Below are positions 51,672 to 59,338 of a DNA stretch of 64,000 nucleotides, piece after piece. Location: assembly GCA_963792585.1 (NCBI GenBank), contig CAWBWI010000001.1, positions 1,824,001-1,888,000 of the forward strand, read 5' to 3'. Numbering within the stretch: position 1 is the first letter of the stretch; each line of letters begins with the position of its first letter. This stretch comes from Candidatus Eiseniibacteriota bacterium. GTDB taxonomy: Bacteria > Eisenbacteria > RBG-16-71-46 > CAIMUX01 > VGJL01. The position numbers were made by a program, and so were the translations under genes. Under the pieces are notes generated by a model. That model worked only from the letters and a program-made list of their open reading frames with translations. It ran no database searches and was not told the origin of the DNA.

Positions 51672-52577
51672 GTGTCCAATCCTGATCTCAACCTGCTCGT
51701 CACGCTGGATGTGCTGCTTGCCGAGCTCAGTGTGGCGCGTGCCGCGCGAAGGCTGCGGCTCAGCCCGTCGGCGATGAGCCGGGCGCTGGCGCGACTGCGG
51801 GAGACGACCGGCGACCCGCTTCTGGTGCGCGCCGGCCGCGGGCTGGTGCCCACGCCCCGAGCGCTCGAGCTACGCGAGCGTGTCGCCTTGCTGGTGCAGG
51901 AGGGAACCGCGGTGCTGAGCCCAGTCGAGCGGCTCAAACTGGGGAAGCTCGTCCGGACGTTCACGCTGCGCACCAGTGACGGCTTCGTGGAGAACTTCGG
52001 ACCGCGCCTCCTGGCTCGTATCCACACGGAAGCCCCTGGTGTGCGGCTGCGCCTCCTGCAGAAGTCCGACAAGGACAGCGGTCCGCTTCGCGAGGGGAGC
52101 GTGGACATGGAGACCGGCGTGGTCGAGCCGGACATGAGCCCGGAGTTGCGAGCGAAGGCCCTGTTCGTGGATCGCTTCGTCGGCGTGGTGCGCAGTGGGC
52201 ACCCCATCGCGCACGGAAAGCTGACGCTTGCTCGCTACGCGGCCAGCCGCCACATCAGCATCTCGCGGCGAGGAGAAGAGCAGGTCATGATCGACCAACT
52301 GCTGGAGTCGCTTGGCCGCAAGCGCGAGATCGCCACGATCGTGGGCGGATTTTCTGCCGCGATCGCGCTGGCCCGCGACTCGGATCTGATCGCCACGGTC
52401 CCGGAGCGCCATACCGAGAGTCTCCGCGCCGGCATGTACAGCTTTCAGCTGCCGTTCTCCTCGCCCGAGTTCACGGTCGCGCTGATCTGGCACCCACGCA
52501 TGGAAGCAGACGCGGCGCATCGCTGGTTGCGGGGATGCGTGCTGGAGGTGTGCAGAGAGCGGGACGGAGCGAGCTAA
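51672..52577 (+). CDS. LysR-type transcriptional regulator, divergent from the MFS gene
   Basis: DLNLLVTLDVLL...SVARAARRL.LSPSAMSRAL helix-turn-helix. Confidence 0.95.
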   Translation: MSNPDLNLLVTLDVLLAELSVARAARRLRLSPSAMSRALARLRETTGDPLLVRAGRGLVPTPRALELRERVALLVQEGTAVLSPVERLKLGKLVRTFTLRTSDGFVENFGPRLLARIHTEAPGVRLRLLQKSDKDSGPLREGSVDMETGVVEPDMSPELRAKALFVDRFVGVVRSGHPIAHGKLTLARYAASRHISISRRGEEQVMIDQLLESLGRKREIATIVGGFSAAIALARDSDLIATVPERHTESLRAGMYSFQLPFSSPEFTVALIWHPRMEADAAHRWLRGCVLEVCRERDGAS

Positions 52578-52648
52578 CTCGATTCGACCAGGACGGCCCA
52601 CAAGGGCCGGTTCGACGCGAGGGGAAGTTCGCCAGGGGTACGCCAGGT

Positions 52649-52885
52649 AGTGCCTCCTACAAGCCCCATCTGGCCCAAGAACGGTCGACGGGCCACCCGT
52701 CCATGGCCTTGATCTCGCGCACCTGATGACAGTCGAGGGGAGTCCCGAGAGCCATAGGCGAATTCGATCGGTTCGATCGGACGGTTCAGCGATACAAGAT
52801 GACCGTCGACGTCAGACGGATGGGTAGATGGTGCCGATCACGCGCTCTGCGTACGGGTTCTGCCACGGAAAACGAGCCGAGATCA
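52649..52885 (-). mobile_element. IS downstream end plus an internal transposase fragment
   Basis: Degenerate terminal repeat and conserved core. About 52827-52885 encodes ISARFPWQNPYAERVIGTI, versus ISAHSPWQNPYVERVIGSI in the intact transposase. Confidence 0.8.
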
Positions 52886-53009
52886 GACTTCTAACGATGA
52901 TGGAAAGCATCGCTGCTTTGCCAGCAGAACGGGGTCTCCAACCTCAAAGATCCCAACGCGGACAGAGTTTCTGGGAACCACAGCGCATGCGTGCTGCGGC
53001 CACGTCCCC

Positions 53010-53729
53010 CTATCGATAGCTCTCCTTCAGCACGCCCCATGTCGCGCGAATGCTGGCCGTCGAACCGCAGGGTTCGGTGACCAGCACGTCGAATTGGCCG
53101 ATGTTGTTGAGCCATGTGGTGCTGTCCATGGTGCCGAGAAAGAGGCGCGTGGCGCCGGCCGGAATCACGACCCGCTGCGTGTCGCCCCCCGACGTCAATC
53201 CGTCGCCGATGAAGAACGGCTGTTTCAACTCGGGAGAAAGCGTGAGGTAGTCCCGGCTCTCCTGGGAGCTGAAATCGAGATACCCGGGCTCCGGGGTTTG
53301 ATCTGGCTGCGCGTCGTCAAGGAATACCCCCAGAAGACAGTCGTACGGGGCGATGACGTCCGAAATGCCGTTCTCGCCAAGGTCATCGTCCCAGTTGTGA
53401 TTCGTAACTCCATTCCCATCAGGTGGCTGGAGACCGCAGCCGGGGCAGTGCCCCACTCCTCCCGTGGCTTGAAAGGTCAGCGCCTCTCCCGCCGTGATGC
53501 ACAGGCCCACAACTAGCTGCGGCGACTGGTCCGGAGCGATATCACACCCTTCGGGTTCCCAGCAGCTCGCGGTCGAGCCGTCCGGCATTCCCGCGAGCCA
53601 CGGGTCCGACCAGCCGGGAACAACGACAGGGACTGTGATCTGTCCGTTGGCCGGCGCCGGGATAGCAACGGGTAGGACCAAGGCTAGCAGGATCCCACAC
53701 CACAAGCGTGTGTAGTTCATGGTTCGCAT
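53010..53729 (-). CDS. Secreted hypothetical protein with a C-terminal TWG motif
   Basis: Signal peptide, FFIGDG...PAGATRLFLG, ends TWGVLKESYR. Confidence 0.75.
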   Translation of the reverse strand: MRTMNYTRLWCGILLALVLPVAIPAPANGQITVPVVVPGWSDPWLAGMPDGSTASCWEPEGCDIAPDQSPQLVVGLCITAGEALTFQATGGVGHCPGCGLQPPDGNGVTNHNWDDDLGENGISDVIAPYDCLLGVFLDDAQPDQTPEPGYLDFSSQESRDYLTLSPELKQPFFIGDGLTSGGDTQRVVIPAGATRLFLGTMDSTTWLNNIGQFDVLVTEPCGSTASIRATWGVLKESYR

Positions 53730-53814
53730 CGCACACATCTCCTTCCTGTCCACTCGCCGGCAGGGGCCAAATTGAGGTTGGATCGAAGTTGCGTCCGCCG
53801 GGCTCGTCCTCCGC

Positions 53815-54405
53815 TCACCGGAAGATCGCCTTCATCCGCCCCCAGGAAGCGACCCGGACGGGCGTCGCGACGTCGAACTCGACCACGTAGCCGTACACCG
53901 GCCCGACGGGACGATCGTCCGTATAGTCATTCCAGGTTGGGGCGGGTGCTCCCGCGTATCCCCAGTAGTCGAGGCAGTTTTCGTTTCCCCCGTTCCAGCC
54001 GTTGTTGTTCGGGCCTCCCTGGAACCAGTTCGAATAGACCCAGTCCTCGCCGCTGATCCACACCCATCCATGATCCGGTTCCTCCGAGCCGGGTAGCTGA
54101 TAGCCTCCCAGCCAGGGACCGATCTCCCAGACGGTGGACGTGTACCAGGTGCCCGAGGCGAGGGTCAGGTCGAAGACGAAGAGGTTTTCCTCTTCAGTGG
54201 TAATGCACGCCAGATAGCCGTGGGACCCCTGCCAGACCTGGCCCTCTGCGCCGGCCCGCGCCTCGGACCAGCTGAGGCCCGTGAAGTCGGCGATCACTTC
54301 GTAGTAATGCCCGGTACCCGGGAAGTACTGCGGTGTCGCCCAGCTCACGCTGCTCGTGATCAGGATCAGCATCACCAGCATGATTCCGAAGTTCCCGTGC
54401 TTCAT
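53815..54405 (-). CDS. Secreted C-type lectin-like domain protein with a C-terminal SWG motif
   Basis: GHYYEV, SWSEAR, WLGG, SNW..GGPNN, ENC and WND motifs. Ends SWGRMKAIFR. Confidence 0.85.
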   Translation of the reverse strand: MKHGNFGIMLVMLILITSSVSWATPQYFPGTGHYYEVIADFTGLSWSEARAGAEGQVWQGSHGYLACITTEEENLFVFDLTLASGTWYTSTVWEIGPWLGGYQLPGSEEPDHGWVWISGEDWVYSNWFQGGPNNNGWNGGNENCLDYWGYAGAPAPTWNDYTDDRPVGPVYGYVVEFDVATPVRVASWGRMKAIFR

Positions 54406-54801
54406 GGCTCCACTCCTTGACAGATGCGTGGAATGAACTGCCACGGACCCCGAGCGACACGAGGTCGATGGCGTGGGATGAAGCTCTCGCGGCCAGTTCT
54501 TCCATTCGATCCGCTGGAAATGAGCAGCTAGGTGGGTGAGGCGGCTCCCGCGTTCGTGGGGGTCGCGCTGGTTGGATCGATGCAGGTGCGGCCGCATCTA
54601 AAAGTCTCCTCATGCATGAGGAAGGATTCGATGCACCACCGTCTCGAGCTGTTTGCGCGTCGGCATTTTACTCCCGCGACACCCTTAGCCAAACTACAAA
54701 GAATCACCGCAGTGTCAGCCCTAGGCGAGCCCCGGCCCGACAGATTCCGGCGAAGTCGTCTGTTTTGATCGGGGTTGTGCTGGACATTCGGCAGGGCCCC
54801 C

Positions 54802-56070
54802 TGCGCATCCTGCAAACTCCATCCGGTCATTGGACGGTCGACCACCCGATCCCCCGTTCTGATCTCGCGCACTTGATGATGGATGAGGGGGGCTCGGAAG
54901 GCCATCGCCGATTTCGATCGGTCTCGCGGGCGAGGCACGGCAACTGTCGGCATCAGGCTGACGGGCAGATGTTGACGATCACGCTGCTCGACGGAAGCAC
55001 CGATGATGCAACCCGCCGACCATCGGCTCTTCGAGAACCGGTCCGATGTCGGACGACTCGATCCCCCGGGGAACCGGGCAGTCCTTCTCCAGCCCCAAGC
55101 GCGTGCGGGATCCGTGGTAGTACTCGAGGTATCCTCGGAGGACGCGTCGCAGATGCCTCTCGCTGAATACGATAACGTGATCCAGGCACTCCCGTCGGAT
55201 CGAGCCTATTACGCGCTCCACATATGGGTTCTGCCACGGAGAATGAGCCGAGATCGGCACCTCCTCGATCCTCATGCCCTCGACGCGACGAACAAAGTCG
55301 TTCCCGTAGATCCCGTCCCGGTCCCGAACCAGGTATCTCGGTGCCGAGTCCCAGGGGAACGCCTCAACGATCTGCTGCCCCGTCCAGGCGGCACTCGGGT
55401 TCTTCGTCACGTTGAAGTGGATGATCCGCCTCCGGTGGTTGCTCAGGATGAGGAACACGAAGAGGACCCGGAACGTAGCCGTCGGCACCGTGAAGAAGTC
55501 GATCGATACGATTTCCTGCGCGTGGTTCTCCAGGAACGTCCGCCAGGTCTGTGAAGGCGGCTTTCGATGGCGCACCATGTACTTCGAGACGGCAGCCTGA
55601 CTGATCTCGATCCCGAGCTTGAGCAGTTCCCCATGGATACGCGGGGCGCCCCAGAGAGCATTTGCTTCGGACATCTGCCGGATGAGATCGCGGACTTCCC
55701 TCGGGACTCTCGGTCTTCCTGATCCCTTCGATCGACTCTTCCACCTCCAATACAGCCGGAACCCTTCGCGGTGCCATCGGATGACCGTCTCAGGTTGGAC
55801 AACGATCAGCGAATCCCTCCAGCCGGACCACAGCCGCGACAGGAGGACCCAGAGTGCGCGATCCGACGCCCGCAGGCGTGGTTTCCTGGCTGCCCGGTGG
55901 AGCACAAGGAGTTGGTGGCGGAGGGCGAGGTTCTCCACGGCGAGGGCCCGTTGCGCATGGAATGCTGAGATCAAGGTGCGGAAGATGGTGAGAAGCATGA
56001 CGGGGAGCCTATCGCGGATCAGTCGCTAACTTCAAATCAGGCAACGTGGACGGGGTATTTGGAAGGGACA
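54802..56070 (-). mobile_element. Apparently complete IS (IS481/IS3-like DDE) with imperfect terminal inverted repeats
   Basis: TG...CA ends: tgcgcatcctgcaaactccatcc and ggacggggtatttggaagggaca. Single transposase ORF. No clean target duplication seen. Confidence 0.8.
54979..55998 (-). CDS. Integrase-core (rve) DDE transposase
   Basis: WGAPRIHGEL, IDFF, RDRD, PWQNPYVER and GGLHH motifs. Confidence 0.93.
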   Translation of the reverse strand: MLLTIFRTLISAFHAQRALAVENLALRHQLLVLHRAARKPRLRASDRALWVLLSRLWSGWRDSLIVVQPETVIRWHREGFRLYWRWKSRSKGSGRPRVPREVRDLIRQMSEANALWGAPRIHGELLKLGIEISQAAVSKYMVRHRKPPSQTWRTFLENHAQEIVSIDFFTVPTATFRVLFVFLILSNHRRRIIHFNVTKNPSAAWTGQQIVEAFPWDSAPRYLVRDRDGIYGNDFVRRVEGMRIEEVPISAHSPWQNPYVERVIGSIRRECLDHVIVFSERHLRRVLRGYLEYYHGSRTRLGLEKDCPVPRGIESSDIGPVLEEPMVGGLHHRCFRRAA

Positions 56071-56201
56071 GCCCAACGTTCCCATCGCCCGCGTGCCGTG
56101 GAATGCGCGGCCCCGGCAGCCCCGGGCGATAGTCTTGCCTTCTATGCTTCCCCACCGGGGCCGTGACGGCGCAGCGCGTCAGGCGAGTGCGATAGTTGGA
56201 T
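56071..56201 (-). other. attC-like integron recombination site (131 bp)
   Basis: Minus strand: R'' ATCCAAC ... imperfect inverted repeat ... R' GTTGGGC, 22 bp after the stop of 56224-57306. Confidence 0.75.
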
Positions 56202-56223
56202 GTTAAGTGCCCGAACGGCATCG

Positions 56224-57306
56224 TCACCGCTCCTGTCGCCACCTAGCGACATGTCTGGCTGGCATCCCTCCCGCCTCTAGGAAGTCTCCTGCTACCACAA
56301 GATCGTCCCCATGAACGTAGAGGGCGGTCACGCGATCGGACGTACCACCACCGACCGAAGACCAGGCAGCGCCGTCCCAACACGCCAAGTTCTCTGCCGG
56401 AACGCCATCAATGCTGTCGAAGACGCCCCCCACAAAGAGCTTGCCATCGCAAACGCCAAGCGCCAGGGCTTCTGCCTGTCGATCGCTCGCGGAACTCGCC
56501 GTGCCATAGGGATGCCAAGCGGCACCGTCCCACCGCGCAAGTGTATTGACGGCGTAGCCTCCGTACCCATTAGCAAGCCCTCCAGCAATCAGGTTGTCCC
56601 GATATACGGTGAGAGCCCTTACCGAGAACATACCTGGGCCATTGCCGAGCGCCTCCCAGCGAGTTCCATTCCAAGCGACAACGCATTGCTGCAACGGATC
56701 ATCTCCAAGCATATCGAGCCATCCTCCCGCCATCAGGCGACCGGCGTAGCTCTGGAATGCATGGACCTGCCAGTCAAACATCGGCCCGCAGACACCGATC
56801 CGCTCCCACGTAGCGCCTCGCTGTCGGTAGAGCTCTACTCCTCCCACATACAGGCTGTCATCGTGGATTCCAATTGCGTTGAATCCTGATGCCCAGCGTG
56901 TCAGCCGCGTCGTCCATTCGTTTCCGTCCCAGGAAGCGAGCGCTTGCGCTACGTGAGGGTGTTCACTGGGATCCATCCACCACTGCGAGGCGAGAAGTTC
57001 GCCGTGATAGGAGACAAGCGCACTCGGGGTGAGAGGTGCGGCGAGCGGAATCCACTCGTGTGCGTTCCAGAACGCGAGCTCCTGACCTCCAAGGACATTT
57101 CGGCCGCCTGCGAGAATCAGATCGTTCCACTCGGCGAGGCACTCCGGTGTGTTGTCCAGACCCCCTCCGAGTGCATACCATGTCCCGTTCGCCTCGGATG
57201 GTGGTGGGTTGACGGCCGTTGCATGGTGCTTTTCGGAGCAACCGATTGTCACGGATACAACGAATAGGTACATGAAGAACTTCAGAATCATGCCGTAGCG
57301 TGACAT
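56224..57306 (-). CDS. Beta-propeller lipoprotein (gene cassette ORF)
   Basis: Lipobox-like TIGC, repeated LxxGG.F...ARWDG..W blades. An alternative ATG at 57348 overlaps the attC R' site. Confidence 0.8.
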   Translation of the reverse strand: MSRYGMILKFFMYLFVVSVTIGCSEKHHATAVNPPPSEANGTWYALGGGLDNTPECLAEWNDLILAGGRNVLGGQELAFWNAHEWIPLAAPLTPSALVSYHGELLASQWWMDPSEHPHVAQALASWDGNEWTTRLTRWASGFNAIGIHDDSLYVGGVELYRQRGATWERIGVCGPMFDWQVHAFQSYAGRLMAGGWLDMLGDDPLQQCVVAWNGTRWEALGNGPGMFSVRALTVYRDNLIAGGLANGYGGYAVNTLARWDGAAWHPYGTASSASDRQAEALALGVCDGKLFVGGVFDSIDGVPAENLACWDGAAWSSVGGGTSDRVTALYVHGDDLVVAGDFLEAGGMPARHVARWRQER

Positions 57307-57346
57307 GGGCCCTCCGATGCCGGGGCTGTAATCGCTGGCTCGCACC

Positions 57347-57477
57347 ATCCAACGTTCGCATCACCTGCGACCTGAGGCCACCGCGGCCCTGGCAGCCCGC
57401 TGCGATGGTCTTGCCTTCTATGCTTCTCTGCAAAGGCCGTGAAGGCGCAGCACGTCAGGTGAATGCGGCTGTTGGAG
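57347..57477 (-). other. attC-like integron recombination site (131 bp)
   Basis: Minus strand: CTCCAAC-agc-cgcatTcacctgAcg ... cgcaggtgatgcg-aac-GTTGGAT, with two unpaired bases. 7 bp after the upstream stop. Confidence 0.85.
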
Positions 57478-57484
57478 GCAGCCA

Positions 57485-58966
57485 CTACCTCTTGAACAAC
57501 ATCCTCAACTGCCCCCATGTGATCCTGAGTATCGGCGAGCAGCCGCACGTTCCAGCGCCACGGGCTCCGATGAGCCTCCCGCACGGGCTAGTTTGCTCGA
57601 GACACGGAGACAGGCAATCGCCTGCCGCCGACAGCGTGTAGTCGCCAGCAACTGTCGGAGCGTTCGCGCAGTTGAGGGGTCCGCAAAACAGGGGATCGGA
57701 GGTTAGGTGCCCCTCGTGCCACTCTTGCGTCGCCCCCCCTCCGATTCCGACGGAATCGACCAGACAGCAGTCGAAGGTCAACCGGCCGCTGTCGGCGAAG
57801 ATCTCGTCGCCCACTCCGGTCACGCCCGCACAGTCGCCATGTAGAATCGAGGTCTCGAAGTTACCGCCGTGCGAATGGATGGCGCCCCCACTCCCTCCAT
57901 CTGCCCGATTTCCTGAGAACGTGCAGTTCCGTACGTCCATTCCATCCCCGACCGACATTACTGCGCCACCGTTCCCGGATGCCCGGTTGCCGGATAGGAG
58001 GCAGTTCTCGAGCACGAGTGCCCCGTCCGCGTAAACTGCTCCGCCTTCCGCAGCGATATTCCCGATCACGTTACAATCCAGAAGATGTAGGTAATAGGGC
58101 TCGGAGTAGATCGCCCCTCCTCTCTCCGTGGCGCTGTTGTTCCGAATCGTGCAACGCCAGAGCGTACACCCCGTTGCGCCCTCGTCTTTCCAGAGAGCCC
58201 CGCCCTGCCGTGCGGAATTGTCTGCGATGACGCAGTCCGTCAACGTGATTTCCGTGTTGTAACCACGACACGCTATTCCGCCTCCGTAGGTCGCATGATT
58301 GCGGACAATGGTGCAGTTCTCGATCGTCGCATCCCATCCGTAGTAGAGGATCCCTCCCCCGGAGAACTCATCCTGGACACTGTTGTCCGCGATCAGGCAG
58401 CCTCGAACCGTGATCCTTCGATACACGTTGATGCCCGAGTGATTGCGCATGATCTGGCAATCGATGACCTTCGGCCATCCTTCACGGGCATAGACGCCGT
58501 CGCAATCGTTGTCCGTGATGAGGCAGTTCCTTACGGTCGGAGAGGACGCGACGATGCGGATTGCACCTGTGCTGCTTCTCGCATTGCGAATCGTGAAGCC
58601 ATCGATCGTCGCAACGGACGTTTCGCCTGAGCGTAGTTCGATCGCAGTGCCCGAATGCTCGCAGTCGATGACCGTCTCCGCTGCCCCTTCCTCCGAGATC
58701 AGGACGAGGTCGACTCCATTGAAGTTCAGAGATCGATTCCGGACACCCGTGTACACACCGGGCGCGACGAGAACCGTGTCATGTGACGCGCATGCGTCGA
58801 TCGCGTCCTGGATAACGGAATAGCCGGCAGGGACGCGTCGGACCGTAGCCGACGCCAAGGAAGGGCCCCATGCACACAGAGCGGCGGCAAAGAAGCCGAA
58901 CCACTTGAGATCCGGACGCTCGAAGAGCAGGCGTAGCCGGCATCGCCAAACTGAACTGAGGCTCAT
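57485..58966 (-). CDS. Secreted right-handed parallel beta-helix repeat protein with a C-terminal TWG motif
   Basis: IQDAID..DTVLVAPGVY and repeated N.A..GGA(I/L/V). Ends TWGQLRMLFKR. Confidence 0.85.
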   Translation of the reverse strand: MSLSSVWRCRLRLLFERPDLKWFGFFAAALCAWGPSLASATVRRVPAGYSVIQDAIDACASHDTVLVAPGVYTGVRNRSLNFNGVDLVLISEEGAAETVIDCEHSGTAIELRSGETSVATIDGFTIRNARSSTGAIRIVASSPTVRNCLITDNDCDGVYAREGWPKVIDCQIMRNHSGINVYRRITVRGCLIADNSVQDEFSGGGILYYGWDATIENCTIVRNHATYGGGIACRGYNTEITLTDCVIADNSARQGGALWKDEGATGCTLWRCTIRNNSATERGGAIYSEPYYLHLLDCNVIGNIAAEGGAVYADGALVLENCLLSGNRASGNGGAVMSVGDGMDVRNCTFSGNRADGGSGGAIHSHGGNFETSILHGDCAGVTGVGDEIFADSGRLTFDCCLVDSVGIGGGATQEWHEGHLTSDPLFCGPLNCANAPTVAGDYTLSAAGDCLSPCLEQTSPCGRLIGARGAGTCGCSPILRITWGQLRMLFKR

Positions 58967-59127
58967 TCTTCGTCCTGCCTGGTCGGGTTATCTCGTTCGA
59001 GGCTCACACCTCGGGCACGCACGGAGTTGGCCCAGGCGGTTCCGAGTGTAGCGCGAGAGGACCGGGTGCGCAACGGAGGACCGCTATGGTCGTGGACCAA
59101 CGGTCGAGCTACGAATCTAGTTGCTTG

Positions 59128-59202
59128 TGACCCGGTGAGCCTATCGCAGGTCCGAGGCTAACCTAAAATCGGGCAACACGGACGAGGCATATGGAAGGGG
59201 CA
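59128..59202 (-). mobile_element. Solo upstream end of the same IS family
   Basis: gagcctatcgc...gctaac...ggcaac..ggacg...tggaaggggca aligns with 55996-56070. Confidence 0.8.
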
Positions 59203-59338
59203 GGCAGCTGGACCGGGAAATGCTGGACCGCGGAGAACTTCCCTTCAGCCGGCAAGACGCTTATAGTCCTGTGCGCGAAGGTGAGTTGACCGAGCGCGCC
59301 CGCCAATTGCAGATTTCCTCAGTCGAAGGAGGCTTGCC

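Noticed and set aside
53815..54405. Diversity-generating retroelement target (C-type lectin fold)
   Set aside because: No reverse transcriptase and no template/variable repeat pair found in the window.
54796..56076. Target-site duplication around the IS
   Set aside because: Flanks gccccc and gcccaa match only partly; not convincing.
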